This document shows, piece after piece, positions 38,883-52,612 of a stretch of DNA of 64,000 bases; the stretch's first letter is position 1, and each line of letters begins with the position of its first letter. Below the pieces are notes generated by a model, which did not search any database, had not been told where the DNA came from, and worked only from the letters and a program-made list of their open reading frames with translations. Position numbers and translations under genes: made by a program. The stretch covers positions 109,742,001 to 109,806,000 of the forward strand of contig NC_087436.1 of NCBI RefSeq assembly GCF_036321535.1. The letters run 5' to 3'. Source of the DNA: Camelus dromedarius. Its lineage: Eukaryota.

Positions 38883-39081
38883 AGAGTTGTAGATTTAACA
38901 AATAAAATACAAGACACCCAGCTAAATTTGAATTTCATTTAAATAATTAATGTTTTAAATATAAGTATATCCCATTTAATATTTAATATATACTAATAAT
39001 GCATAGAACACACTTATACTAAAAAATTGTTTATCTGAAATTTAAATTCATTGGTGCATCCTGCATGTTACCTGTCAACTT
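38883..39081. mobile_element. MER53-like palindromic MITE
   Basis: Arms 'aaaatacaagacacccagctaaatttgaatttca' and 'tgaaatttaaattcattggtgcatcctgcat' are near reverse complements; 'tataagtat' pairs with 'acttata'. Confidence 0.85.
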
Positions 39082-39105
39082 TCAACCGAGATGTTTCCTC
39101 CATAT

Positions 39106-39624
39106 TGTGGTAGACAGAATACCTCCCCAAAGATATCTGCGTCCTAATCCCTAGATCCTGTAAGGTTAAGTAGCCAAGGGGAACACAGAAGGCACTGCAG
39201 AAGGAATTAAGATGGCTAATCAGCTGATGTTGATATAGGGAGAGTATCCTGGATTACATAAGTGAGCCCAGGGTAATAATCACAAGAGTCTTTATAAGGG
39301 AAAGAGGCGAGAAAGCAAAAGACGAGAGAACCAGAAGACAGAAGTATGAGAAAGACTCAGCTCAGTGTTGCTGGCTTTGAAAATGAAGGAAGGGATCATA
39401 AACCAAGGAAAGTGGACAGCCTCTAGAAGCTGGAAAAGGTAAGAAAATGCATTCTTTCCTAGAGCCTCTTGCAATCCCTATTCAGCCCTTCTGACATCTT
39501 GGGTGTTAGCCCAGTGACATCCTTGATGGACTTTTGACCTCCAAAACTATGTTTGCATTGTCTTTAAGACATTAAGTTTATGGCTTTTTTTTCTTTTAAG
39601 TGGCACCTCTAGCAAAATAATACA
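39106..39624 (+). mobile_element. MLT1D-like MaLR solo LTR
   Basis: 'tgtggtagacagaata...gtcctaatccc...cctctagaagctggaaaagg...taataca'; flanks catat/tatat. Confidence 0.9.
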
Positions 39625-40309
39625 TATATTTTCATGAAGACATTGGTGGTCATTGAAACATAAGGGAGGTTGCATCCCTTGAGTCTCATATTGTGATAAT
39701 GTTATAAAAGAGTTTCAAAAATCTTAACCAAGACCTAGAAAACACACTTCCTGGAAGCTCACTGGGGTTAGGCACCTTCCTACTGCCACTAAGTCATTTC
39801 TTATTTAGCCTACCTGGGAACACTGCACAGAGTGCTTTAAATCTTGGAAAGCTGACATTGTTTTGTTTTTGGTTAGTGATTGCCTAGGAATGGCTTGGGG
39901 AGCAAAAGAGACTTTAATTCAAGCAATCAGCATCTTACAGCATTAGCCATGAAGTGACCTCAAATCAGATGATTCCACAAGGGAATCAAGCTACAAAGTA
40001 AATCAAAGACAGCTGAGATAAGCAAATGTGCTTCACAACGAACTTTCTCAGCTTCAGTTGATGGTGAGGCTTATTCCTGATACAAGTTTGCAGATATTCA
40101 ATATGAAGACCCAATTTTTAAATGCACCACAATTTTCATGTATTTATTTTTACAAGAGAGAGTAAGTTGAAAAAAAATGTTGCCTTACCACAGGGCTGTG
40201 AATTACAAGGGAGACAACTCATTGGGTGTTACAGTTCTTTTGCTTTTCTGGGGATGCCTCACAGCTCACGAGTTTGCAATTAGGGGAGAGAGGAGTTTAT
40301 AGTTGATCT

Positions 40310-40570
40310 AAAAAAGTGTGTGTTTCACAGAGAGTTTGCATCATATCAGACTTAGCGGCGGTGAGGACAGAGCTCTCAAACTCAAGAAAGTTCAAAGTCT
40401 ATAAGGGAGACAGGCTCATAAACAAATAACAGCAATACAAGGTGATAAATGTTTTTAGGAGGAAAGTACAGGCATCTGGGGGAGCCCTCGAGAGGAAGTC
40501 ATCAATGCACAGGGTTTCCAGGAGAAGGTAATGCTTGACATACCACTCGGAGGAAAGCAGGGTGTTTCAG
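40310..40570 (-). mobile_element. L2 remnant
   Basis: 'ctcaagaaagttcaaagtctataagggagacagg...gggtttccaggagaaggt'. Confidence 0.6.
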
Positions 40571-40964
40571 GCACTCCCACAGCCTCTGTTAAGAAGTAGG
40601 AAGTTTTTTTACTGAGAAAATGGAATGTTTTATTTTTATTTTAATTTTTTTAATGAAAGACTAAGTGAGTTAATGTGGTCTTGAACCTATTGACCTGGTT
40701 CGCAAGTTATATGTGTATGTGTTATGTATGTCACCAAGTATTAAAATGGATTTGATTCTTTTCATTCCTTTAGAATATATTTTTATGCCTACTCTTTTGT
40801 TGAGCAGTTTGGGCCAAGCAGTGTGTTAGGTAATTGTTACATGTTGTTTAATTCTCAGAACAGTTCTACGAGTTTAATCACCTCACGGATGCTGGTGTCT
40901 GGCTTGGAACGCAGGGACTGTCTTTACTGAGACGGGGATCATGGGGTAGAGGACGTTTCATGAA

Positions 40965-41930
40965 GAATGTGATGAATTAAGTTGGGAAAATATTGAATTT
41001 GAAGGTCTCTTGAACAGTATCTAAAAGTCCTCTTTATGCATGCTACTGGATCTTTGAGGTCCAGTTTGGCTGTGAAATATTGATTTGGGAATCACTTGGA
41101 ATGTGTTGCAATTGAAGCCCAGGGGGTGACTGGGATGATCCAGAGAGAAAGAACATCAAGAGAAGAGAGCCAGTATTTGTCTGACTTGCTTCACTTAAGT
41201 ATGATAATTTCTAGGTCCATCCACGTTGTTGCAAATGGCATTATTTCATTCTTTTTTTATGGCTGAGTGGTATTCCATTGTATGCAAGTTCCTACTGTAT
41301 AGCACAGGGAACTATATTCAATATCTCGTAATAACCTATAATGACTATCTATCTATCTATCTATGAATGACTATGCCATATACCAGAAACTAACACAACA
41401 TTGTAAATCAACTATACTTCAATAATAAAAAAAAAAAAAGAGTGAGAGAGAAGAGAGCCAAAGAGAGCACCAATGGAGAACAACAATAAGAGAAACACAG
41501 ATACTAAAGGTGAATAATAATCAGGAAGGAGAGAGCTATCTGAGAGGCAGGTGGAACACCAAGTCAGAGTGATGGTTTGTCCAAGCGATGGAAGAAACTT
41601 TCTGTATTTTAGGTCAAACAGCACCATCTGAGCAGTGTCTACTGGATTTTGCAACACGGTAATTTTTACTGATATTCTTTAAAATAAATTCAAATTTTTA
41701 TGCTGTGAACAGGGGGCAAACTAAAATATGACTAGTTGATGGAAAGTAGGAGACTTGAAGTGTATACAGTTTTATTAAGGAGTTCGTGAAAAAGAAGATA
41801 GGGATAAGGAGAGCATTAGAGAGAGTAATGGTAACTGAATGAGACATCGTATTGAAAAAGGTAATTCCTTTTGTGTTTAAGAGGAGAGGTTTGAGCATAT
41901 TTACATAATGGAAGGAAGGAATCATCAGAA
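40965..41930 (-). mobile_element. L2 LINE remnant (host of the inverted L1)
   Basis: 'ttgaatttgaaggtctcttgaaca', 'gatttgggaatca', 'ctactggattttgcaaca'. Confidence 0.65.
41173..41446 (+). mobile_element. 5'-inverted, truncated L1 insertion
   Basis: ~41173-41284 is antisense L1 ORF2 end; ~41285-41440 is sense 3' UTR + poly-A; perfect 14-bp TSD agagaagagagcca at 41159-41172 and 41447-41460. Confidence 0.9.
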
Positions 41931-41942
41931 TGGACGTAAATG

Positions 41943-42350
41943 TTCAGGGTGCTTCTGGTTGTGACAGACTCCCATATCAAGTAAGTTAAGAAATAAAGTT
42001 TAAAAACAAATACTAACTCAAACTGTGATATCCATACGTGGGGAGTCTTGGAATCCAAGTGATACTGTTTCACATTCTGCAGAAGTGAGAGAAATTCCTC
42101 TCTCAGCATCAGCATATACAGTCTTTGCCCACACTGGGCTCACCTGTCCACCTCTGGGCCACCAGCTACTACTAGAAGATTGTGAAATCTAATTGCCCAG
42201 ACCTACAACATGCACCATAGATAGGGCCAGAGGCTGGGGCTATAACTTCAGTCCCACAGGAACAGTTAGAAAAGGTGAAGGAATTGATTTCAATAGAGTG
42301 GCTGATGCTGGCAGGAGGAGTGAAAAAGGAGGCTTGACGGCAAAAAGACT
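41943..42350. mobile_element. Degraded MLT1 (K/L-like) LTR
   Basis: 'tcagggtgcttctggttg...', 'tgggctcacctgtccacctctgggccacca', 'gatgctggcagg'. Confidence 0.5.
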
Positions 42351-44759
42351 AGATGCCTGACGCCGAGAAGGAGTCAGATACAGGTCCGAGAAATATCAAC
42401 TTAACAGAGGAAGACCTTGATCGGCATTGGACCTGTGGTAGTGCAGCCCTTTCAGTGGCAGTTCAGAGAGAGTCCCTCCCTGTCTGTCCCACCTGACATG
42501 CTTGGATTCCCCAAAGGAAATTCCTACCCCTCTGCCTTTTTTTATTTCCTCCCTAATGCCTGGCATTCTTTAGCTTTATCCCACTGATTGATTTGCTACC
42601 TTGTCACTGGCCCAGCTGTCCTGCTTTCCAATATACGTGCTCTTAGATCAGGAGCTCTGCTGGTCCTTTGTGCTGTTCCAACTCAGCCATCCAAAATCGA
42701 ATCAAAGAGTGCCCAGCGCATATTTAGCACTCAATTATTTGTTGAGCTAAAGAAGAGAAACTGAGAGAAAGAGAATTTGAGAATACACATAACAGCTTTT
42801 GGCGATGATAAATACAAACCAATGTGTTTTTTTTTTTTTCTTTTAAATAGCAAGTGGGAGTAGCCTATTCACAATGTGTATATACCTGGATTCTATTTTT
42901 TTAATTTAAAATCTGTAACAGCCTTTGGATCATTAAGTTAAAAACACCAGGGGTGATGAGCTTTGAAGTAAAATGTTTTCGCTGAGTCGGCAGCACAGTC
43001 ATGGATGTTTGTGCCGCACACTGGCTTAGTTTTCTGTGCTTGTGACCACAGTAAAAGATGTGGAAGCCTATACATTTTACTACAAGATGAAGAAGAGTAT
43101 GTGCTAAAATCCCATCACAGGCGCATGCATGAATCGTCTAGGTTTTTATTAGTGGAGTTTAAATGAAGTCACTTTTTAGAATTCCTTGAGTTGAATGTTC
43201 CTCAAATATCTCCACAGTGAAATGAATAAAACTGCCTTTCAATGAAAGTTTTGGCAACTGGATACCCTCCTGTCTCCAAGTCAGCAGTGAGCTGTAGTTT
43301 TAACACATGTGGAAACAATACATTAGGTGAACTTGCAAAAAGACCTTTGACAGCTATTCTCTTTGAATATCTTATAAGAGGAAAATTGTTCTTAAAAGGT
43401 GAAAAAAAAAGATTGTCTGGTTTCACTTAATTTTCTTGGGGAAGCTCTGTTAATGACGTGGATTATGCACAAACATGAACATAGAGGCTTTCCATGATAC
43501 CGTGACAGGGGCTTCTTCATCCTAGGGGATTACGTGTGTGTGTTTCACATACATATGCTTCAGAAAAAAATTCTCAAATGTGATTTGTTTGTCAGCTAAT
43601 GCAATTGCCCCAGTCTTCGTTTTCAAGAAAATTAAAATCGCCAGCCATCTAGTAATCTTGTATATGTTTAATTAGAAAACATGGAGAAAACAACAAAAAA
43701 ATCCTCTAGATCAATGCACAGATTTTCATGCAGTATAATATGTATAGATCAACATGTATGTTTTAACATTTATGGAATAGAAATAAATTGTGAATGATAC
43801 ACTCGCTGAAACTGAGGAAAAAAATTCATATCCAGTCTATAATGAGTAAAGATAGATAGAAAATCAAATTCTTACTCTTGAATGTCAGTGAAGTCAGTTA
43901 CAACAATTGGCATGGAAAACAAGGAGGAGGGGAGGAAGAATCTAAGAATAAATTTCTAACATCCCATCAGCATGCTAGCCCAGTCTATCTTTTCATAAGT
44001 TTCTGTAGAAAGAGTTTACCATGAGGCATTAGCCTATCCATTCAATTATTCATTCATTTGTTAAAATATTTGCCTTAAGTGAGAGCTTGTACCAAGCACT
44101 GTGCTAGTTGCTTGATTATAAAACTCCTAGTCTCCACCTCCCAGGGGTCCGTGTTTTGTGTGGGATTGGGCGTTCGGGCCACGGATGAAGACTTTTTCAC
44201 AGCATGTTGGGTGAGGCGCATTCAACATCATCCTTAGATCCAAGCAAGAAGGGTCTCTTCCCTGAATCCCCTTCTTTAGAGGACCCTATGTATCACAAAT
44301 AGAAACAAGTGAATATGTTTATTAAAGAACTCGTGGGTGCTTCTGACTTGGGGTCCAGTGCTCTGCATCATCACAGCACAACCTAGAAACTCTAAACATT
44401 TGCTCTCATGACTGACCCTGTTTAGGCCCCGAGAAGTATTTCTCCACATCTCTGTCGCTATGTTGTTGAAACAAAAGGCAGCTGCATCTGAATTCTGTAA
44501 ATGTTTGTGACGGTCTCGCTTCTAATGCCTGAGATGAATGGTGCCTTTGAGTTCAGGGAGGACTTGATGGTGCAATGCTTAGGTAAGAGCAAAGGGAAAT
44601 TGGTCAAATTCTTTATCTGAGATAATAGATACATATGTACACATATATAATACATAGTATGGTAACAATATTATGTTGTATAGTCATATTATTAGTGTAA
44701 CATAACATAAAATATACTGTATTATAATTAAAATAAAATTTTAGATTTATTGAATTAAA

Positions 44760-45290
44760 ATTGGCTATTTATTAATCTGTGTTTAGCCTTTTATTGATTT
44801 TTAATATTTTAGAAAAATTGTTTAAAAACAGAATAATTTTAATTTTTCCATTTTTAAAGCTAATTTTTAATGACTGTACATTCAAATTTTGAACATTTTT
44901 AAATACAATTTCATTTTTCTTAAATCTGTTAAATCATCTTTAGTAGCATACACATTATATAAAGATCTTGATTATAGCAACATCATTAGTGATGTTACTG
45001 AAATAAAGAAAAATATAGGATATTATAGATATTTCCACTGCTCTTTCTATTATTCTTCCAAATACCCTTAGAATACCAATAGAATGTCTATCTATACATT
45101 GAGAATAATTCACTGATTTTTAATATTTTACTGAATTTTAGTTTTATGAAAACCATAGCCTTAAATATATTAAAGAAAGAAAATAGATATTTCTGTTACT
45201 ATTTGGTAAAAAATACATTAAGATGTGCATTCACATAAGCCTCAATTGGCGCTTTTGTCCCAAGCCGTGCAGTGTTACATACTGGCCCGT
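44760..45290 (+). mobile_element. Probable hAT (Tip100-like) transposon remnant with transposase C-terminal trace
   Basis: Frame reads LYKDLDYSNIISDVTEIKK, similar to the LDY..II.DFA..K end of hAT dimerisation domains; TIR-like end 'actggccc'. Confidence 0.4.
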
Positions 45291-45294
45291 TCAG

Positions 45295-45690
45295 ATTCAC
45301 CTATTTGTTAATTTACAAATAAATACCAAGACAATACATTATGTGATCTAGTTAATGTGTTATGCCATGGAGGATATTTAATAAGGAATAAAATAGGTAC
45401 CCTCCCTTCAAAGAGGGTTCCTCTTCGGTTATTATTTTGTAAGAAAGAGTGGTAATTAAACAGGCAGTTGTCAGCTCAGTGTTGTGATGTGGTGTCTAAA
45501 ACACAGTGCACTATAGGAGCACAGAGGGTTACACCCTGGGAGGAGGCTCAGGAAAGTTTTCTAGCGTAAATGGTAAAATAAACCTGAAAAATGAGTTCAG
45601 ATATCTAAGAGAATAAGAGAAGAGTTGAAAATACAGCCTCCCAGATGAAAGGGACGTCATAGCAGAGCCCTGGATGCAGAAAAGAGATAA
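45295..45690 (-). mobile_element. L2 remnant
   Basis: 'attcacctatttgttaatttacaaat', 'ccctcccttcaaagag', 'tcaggaaagttttct'. Confidence 0.6.
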
Positions 45691-45849
45691 CTAATTCTTT
45701 CTGTAAGAGAAAATAGAAAAGTATTCATTTATTTGTATTATAATATCTGTTCTACTTTTTCACTCACTTTGTACTGTCATCTCAATTTGGTAGGAAAAGA
45801 AGATAACCTTAAATAGTAATATTCCATTAAAAAAATACAATACCCACAA

Positions 45850-46095
45850 TAATAATGGCTAACCATTATACAGTACTAAGTGCGAAACACTTATGTGTGA
45901 ACATTTTTCATACCCTAACTTATTTGACTCTTATAACAAATCTAAGAGGAAGGCATTATGATGTTGATGATTTATTATTACCACCATTTTACAGATGAAA
46001 AGCTGAGATGCAAAATGATTGTCATTTGTTTAAGATTCTGCAGCTAATAAGTTTCACAGTCAGGATGACTTAGAATTAGGTTATCTGGCTCCAAA
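45850..46095 (-). mobile_element. MIR SINE
   Basis: 'aataatggctaaccatta...ccattttacagatgaaaagctgag...atctggctccaaa'. Confidence 0.8.
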
Positions 46096-46184
46096 TAACA
46101 GCAACAAGAATAATTTTAGTATTACACTTTATTTATATTTTATAAAATTTATTATGTAATAATCTATTTATATATAATAATTAT

Positions 46185-46375
46185 CATTATTGACAGGGCA
46201 CATGCCAGGGATGTGCTAGGTATATTATATTATCATTTTTAATCTTTACAATGACAATTATTATTGCCTTTCTACAAATAACAACATTAAGCCTCAGAGA
46301 GATTAAGTAATTTGTCCACATTCACACCATTAGGAGGTCACATAGCTGAATGTCAAACCCACGTATTCTGATCAT
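46185..46375 (-). mobile_element. MIR SINE
   Basis: 'atgccagggatgtgctagg...ctcagagagattaagtaatttgtcca'. Confidence 0.7.
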
Positions 46376-47261
46376 AGCCAGGCTAAATTGTCACCCAACT
46401 GAGAACAGTTTGTAAGTGTTCTTTAGAGTAAAGCTGTATAGAATTACAGTAGTTTCTTAGAAAATTCTCAAAGGACTTTTAATTTTGTGATGTAGCATTT
46501 ATCTTGATGTTTTTCTCTTAAAAAATGGAAACCATGCTTACGCTTAAAAGAATTTTCTTTCTCATTCCATGATCCAGAATGGCGAGGCGAAATCAAGCCT
46601 GATGCTCTTCTTTTTTTTTTTTTTTTAAGCAATGGTTAAATCGCTGTTTTTCTCATTTTTAACATGGCCACCGTATGTTTTGCTTTCAATGGAAATGTTT
46701 CTTTCAGCTACTTCATGAAGTCCTCATGGTCAGAAAAATCTCAATGATTAAACCCTCTTTATTATGAAATACAGATAAACTACTGTTGGTTCAGGCTTTT
46801 CCATTCCCATATTTCATTATATTTTTCTCATTTGAACCTTGGTCTCTTTTTCATTTCCCATAAATGTCGTTACAGACTGTTCTGAGTTCTGCGGAAAAGA
46901 GGTAACAGAAATGTATTTTAATGAGCTTTTGGTTAAGAGGTTGAATTAATGAAGCTGGGTGTCTTTGGGGCCAAGTCTTAGCACACATCCCATTGTTCCC
47001 TCAGAAAAGGTTTTTTTGGCTGAAAGAAATCTTTCTCTAAAAACAGCCCCCCCACTGTTAGGAAATTTATAAGGCCCCACCTAATCTAATTTTTCTTTGC
47101 CTCTGTCAAATCTGGGTTGAATTAAGACTGGGTGAGCCAATATTGTTTAAGGAGGATTACAGCTATTCGCACAGAAAAATACATATTGTGATTTTATATT
47201 CTAGCTTATTTACAATTAACAGATGAATTGTTCATTCATCATGAAAGCCATCATGAAGAGA

Positions 47262-47500
47262 AAAACAACATTTATTGAGCTATCTCTGAATATTAAGCTC
47301 TATAAAAGGTGCTTCAAATCTGTCACCTTCATTTAATCTTCCAAAAATGTATTATTTAAAGTATTATTATCTCATTAATACAGATGAGGAGGGGTAAGGC
47401 CCAGCAAGGTTTAAAGAAATGTGCCAAAATTTACATATCTAGTAAGTGACAGTTGATGGGTGGAACTGAAGTAAGAGGTCAAAGTCTGAGCTACCAGAGT
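47262..47500 (-). mobile_element. MIR SINE
   Basis: 'acatttattgagc...catttaatctt...acagatgagga...aaggtttaaagaaatgtgccaaa'. Confidence 0.75.
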
Positions 47501-48249
47501 TGATGAAAAAAGTTTCTGATGTTTGGAAGGACCTTTTCCATAAGCGTTTGAGAGAAAAACACCAACATTTTTATTTTTGGAACTATCTGTTGTCTCATCA
47601 ACCTTCCACAAATTGACTATTTTGCTTATACAATAATATATTTTTAATGTCTGAAACATGTAAAATTAATGAGATATAAACATGAAATTGTAGGCACTAT
47701 CAAATCTTGCAATAGGTAGATTTCCAAAAATACTTTGAACAAATAAATGTAGCTACTAAAGTGATATTTTAATGGATAGATCATGACCAATTTCCCAGTA
47801 TTTTGACAAAATCAGCATCTCATAAATATTTATTACAAACTAGATTTATCTTTTTACTATAAAGAGGATTGTAATCCATAAAGCAGTATTTGACAAAATT
47901 GTTAAAGTTGGTGTTATGCAGATATTTTCTTGAATGAAAAGATACATATACATTTCAGAAACTGTAAACCAGGGAAAGAATTGATGATTTTCACAAGTTC
48001 CTAGGGGAAAAAAAAGCAAACTGGATGGTTTGGGAGAACTCATGTTATAACAGGATCACAGGAAGTCAAAATACCTTTATTAAAAATAATAATATCAATT
48101 ATTTTTATATCATAATGAATTATTGAGTCAATATTTCTCTATCTCTTTCACTTTTACTTTCTTTCTTCCTATCTTAGTCTCATTCCATTTTCATCTTAGA
48201 ATTCAGCAGTGTTTTATCAAGCTACTCTTGGCAGTAGGAGGAAGTTTGC

Positions 48250-49330
48250 TCATGTATTACCACACAGAAAAAAGATGTAGGATGACTTGACAATTGTGAG
48301 GAAGAAAACTACATGTTGTTGATTTTTTAGATCCATATTGATCTGAAAAATAAGGCGCTAAGGTCTTCAGTGTTCTGTAGTGGGCTTCATCCTGGAGCAT
48401 CTTTAATGATAGATTGTATGAAGACAAATTTGCTGTTGCTAGAAGACTGAAAAACAGTAGTTTGTTTTGGAAGGTAGAGAGAGGTTTCAACAGGTTGGAT
48501 TCTTGGATTGGAACATGTAAGAGGAAATTTAACAGAGATAAATACAATCAAATTGCAGCATATTAAAAAATGTCAATAGTAAAGTTGGTTGAAGAAGAAA
48601 TAGGTAAATACAAATTATATGACGTGAGATTGAATTGGCTGCAGAGTAAGTGTGAACTAGCTTTGTGACATACTGTTTAGAAAGGAGGAACAAAAGATTA
48701 TGTAATTCATGGGCTACGTTAATACTAATGGAATGTGTGGAGTGTACACTGTACTAGTTGGATTAGATTTAGAATCATGTATTTACTTTGGATGATGCAC
48801 TTAGAAAGGATAGTAACAAAGTACATTTGTTTAGTCAGTTGAGCTACCTTCTTTGTCTTGGGTATGACGCTAGGCACTGGGTTTTATGATGAGAAGAATA
48901 TATTCTCTATATATAGTTAAAGTTTTCATGAACTGCAATGTCTAAAGTATGGGGAGACCAGGCATTAAACATACAAACAAGTAAATCTGTATAAGTAATG
49001 CAAAATTCTTTCTATGTTACCGTTTAGCAAAAAAAGATGACTAAACAAATTATCACAAAATTGGAGGATGGATATAGATGGAATGATTTTAATTAGAAGC
49101 TATACAACATAAGAAAAAATTTGCCTTTCAAGATTCTGTGTATGTGGGGTAGGGAGGACATCAAAGAAAAATATTTTCCATAGCTACTGAAAATAAGGTG
49201 TCATGAGAAAGCTTTGAGAGACATTTCATAGATAGTCAGATGCCATGGATAAAGGAAACACAGGGTGGTTTCAAATGAGATCACCCACGTTACTACTGAT
49301 TGCATTTATGAGCCCTGATTTTTAGCCACT
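48250..49330 (+). mobile_element. L3/CR1 LINE remnants (with an L2 piece at ~48830-49000)
   Basis: 'acaggttgga...aagaggaaatttaacagagataaatacaa', 'cactgtactagttggattaga...gcacttagaaaggatagtaacaaa' match the CR1/L3 RT 3' region. Confidence 0.6.
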
Positions 49331-49779
49331 TCTCATATGGGCAGCTGTATACAGCATGGTCCAAAGTGAACAAAACAGGAATTTATTTTTCTGAGGAATA
49401 CACCTTTTTTCAGCTAGTAAATATTTAAGTATAAAAGGATGGTCAGTACATTATGTCTCAGGAGTCAATGTGTTAGGCACAGATCTGAAGAATGATAAGC
49501 TATCAGATACAATTCCAGGCAAAGGAAACAGAATATTTGTAAGTACTGAGATGGGAAAGAGGACCAGAGGAAGTTAAAATTCAAGATATGGCCATCTTTT
49601 TCCTAAAAATTCTCATTACTATGTTTTATAAATAAGTCTTACAAGGAGAAATTTACCTTCTAATTTGAAAAAGTTAAGTGTTTACTAAATTGCTTGGAAA
49701 GAAGTCAAACTATAATTGGTAACAGTATGGATGTGACTTCAAGATATTCCAGATATTTTTAATATCAAGATATTTTTAA

Positions 49780-52612
49780 ACTTGATAATGTCTTCTCTCT
49801 TTAAAGCTATATAGTTTCCCCCTCTACCTCTTTCTTTTCCTTTCAGTTTATCCCTCAGATACCCAGAACCTTACACCTAGAATTTCTCACAGTTAGGATT
49901 TTGTCAGTTAATTATGATGTAGTTTAACTTCTTCCCCTGATCTCTGTATGTACTCCAAATTGGCTGCTGGATCTAGGGATGTCATCAAACTAAAGTGCTA
50001 TCTTTATGGTAGAATTATAGATACCTTTGTTCTTTCATTATAACTCCTTGGTTTTCCTATTTTGTGTTGTTAGCAACTAGTGATACTCAATGTCTGGATT
50101 CTTTCATTTATAAGGGCTTAAAATGTTAGTATTCTAATTCTGAAATTTAATTTTAATTTTAACAACAAATGATTGTATAAGAAAATTATTTTATTTATCT
50201 TCTATTTGTTTACTCAGTAGTATACTTCCTGCAGGGAAAAAGGTAAAGTGCTTGATTTGTTCATATCATTTATTCAACTTGCAAGATAGTAAATTGGTTC
50301 CCTGTGATCTTTAGAGAAATAACTAGTTAGTTTTTTAATCATTATGAACTCATGGATTTAAATATATTTGATATATTTCAATCCATTGCAGTTAATACAC
50401 TTGTGGAAGCTCAATTTTTCTCATCTGTTGCCAGTGGTGGCCTCTTCAAGCTTGCCTCTGAGTCTACTGAAACAACCCTATGGTCTTTAATAATGTCTTT
50501 GCTATCTGGTGTGTCCAGATGTTCCAGATTCACTGGGTGTTTTTTCCTTCAGACTCAGATTCAGCCAGATTTTCCCAAGATGCATCAAATTATTTTCATA
50601 AGAAATAGTATCTCAAGACAACAGTCTGGGTGCAGAGGTGTTCACTGCTACTGAGTTACTCATTATTGGTAGGTAGATAGATAAATGTATACATATAGAC
50701 AGAAAAGATAGGTAAATATATACAGCTAAATAGATCTGAGCTCCTACTATTTCTAATTCAAAATGAGGAACAGAGTATTTTTATGTAACTTCTTCTAAAT
50801 TACATCTTTTCTTCCACATTGAATATCCTGGTTCTGAGGGGTATAAAGAATGAAAAAAATAATAATAATAATTTGTTATTTCTGAAAACTGTTCATTTTT
50901 TTTGCATATGCTATCCTCAGTCCTGCTTTTTATAATTTATCTGTATTCACAATGTCAGCTCACATAGTCATTACACACTCTAGTGCTTCCCTTGTTATTG
51001 TCATTTATTCTTGATTCTATAAAAAAAACTTGAATATATAATTATTACCACTGACCATGATCTAGATATCTCTCTATTCATTATAGCTGTGTGAAACTTG
51101 GTCTCCAATTGATTCTTTAGGAAAGCCTCAGGCTTTCTCTGAATTATTAAATGCTAAACACTATTTATTTATATTCTTTATTCAGTTTTGCTAAATATAA
51201 GCTCTTTGATTCACATTTTCTTTTATTAAATATCTTAAACATTTTATGCCATTTTCTTTTGGTACAAGGGTTGTCAAGAAGTCTGATGATAATGTAATTA
51301 TCTTTCCCTCATACATCATTTGCTAGTATTGTTTCATTGCCCAAAGGACTTTTTCTGACATCCAGAAATTTTACAAGAATATAAAATTGGTGTTAATTTT
51401 TCTGAGTTTGTGCATAGTATATTCTTTCTATATGTAGCTGTAGCTCTATTTTTTAACTTTAGGAAAATTTTCTTGCATTATAACTTTTAATATTTCTTCT
51501 GTTCTCTTGCTTTGTTTCTTTATTCTTCAGGGTTTACTTTGTTTGTAAGCTGTACCTATTTGCTTGTTTTCAATATTTTCTTTTTATTGCATCCTTTTAG
51601 TTGCTTTCCTCACTTAAAGAAAAGAATTTTAATTTTCTTCCTTTTAAAACTTTATTTCTCTTGAGGCATTATTTATTGTGTTTATTAACTCCTAATTTCC
51701 TTTCAGTTTTGTGTTTATTCCTGATGTACCTCTTTCTTTTAGTCCTAACTCTTTTCTGACTACTTTAACTCATTTCTGAGTTTTTTCAAATTATGATTTA
51801 TATTGTTTCATATCTTATATCTTTTTTAATTCTTTACAGCTCTTTTATACTGTATGTTATGGTTTTGATCTTCTTTTATCTATTTGATGTGATTTTGTGA
51901 TATAGAGATATATTATTTTGCTCCTTATTTTCTTCTACCTTATTATAACTTTGTATAGTGCCTGGCTTGATAACTTTCTGTTGCTCATCTTCATGAGAAT
52001 TTATTTTTTTTCTAAACTTTTAGGAGACAGGGTTTAGCTAGATTTTTTTCCTTTCTGTTTTTTTAATGAAGTAATTGAAAATATGGTACCTTGATTTCTG
52101 ATATTACTTGACTCTGTTCCTGTCTTCTACTTATATCTGGCTCTATTTGTTTTTGTCTATTTTTATTGTATTCCATCCAATTGTGCTCCCACTCACAGCA
52201 GGGTCTGTAGTGTGAGACCCTGTCCTGTAATGGCTCCCAAGCTGGTCAATTTCTAGAGTTCATAAGAAATGGACTTTTTCAGCTCCTAAAGTTCCCTAAC
52301 AGACCTTCTGTACTCACATATTTCTTGAGTGAATAAACCTTCCAGATTCAGCTTTGCTCTAAAAGATCCTGCCATGTTTTCTAGTGATAACGTAAGAGTC
52401 TTGTAACTCTTGGTGGGTTTTTTTGGTCTTTTTTTTTTTTAACAAGTTTTTATATTTTGGCTTCTATGGGGATACCTTGTCACTTCATGTTACACACACA
52501 CACACACACACAGGTTTGAAGTTCCACTATGTAGTTGTTTCCTTTGTTTTTTATAGGCATTTGGGAAAATCCAAAACCTATGCTGCCACCACTGCTGCCA
52601 TCTTCCCAGAAC
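49780..52612 (-). mobile_element. HAL1 / L1MC4-5-type long remnant
   Basis: 'cattatgaactcatggatttaaatatatttgat...gccagtggtggcctcttcaag' (shared 3' UTR); T-rich ORF remnant; terminal 'ctgccatcttcccagaa'. Confidence 0.7.
52492..52512. repeat. (AC)n microsatellite
   Basis: Direct reading. Confidence 0.9.

Noticed and set aside
47560..48000. Possible decayed hAT transposase coding remnant
   Set aside because: Only a vague resemblance; no motif could be read with confidence.
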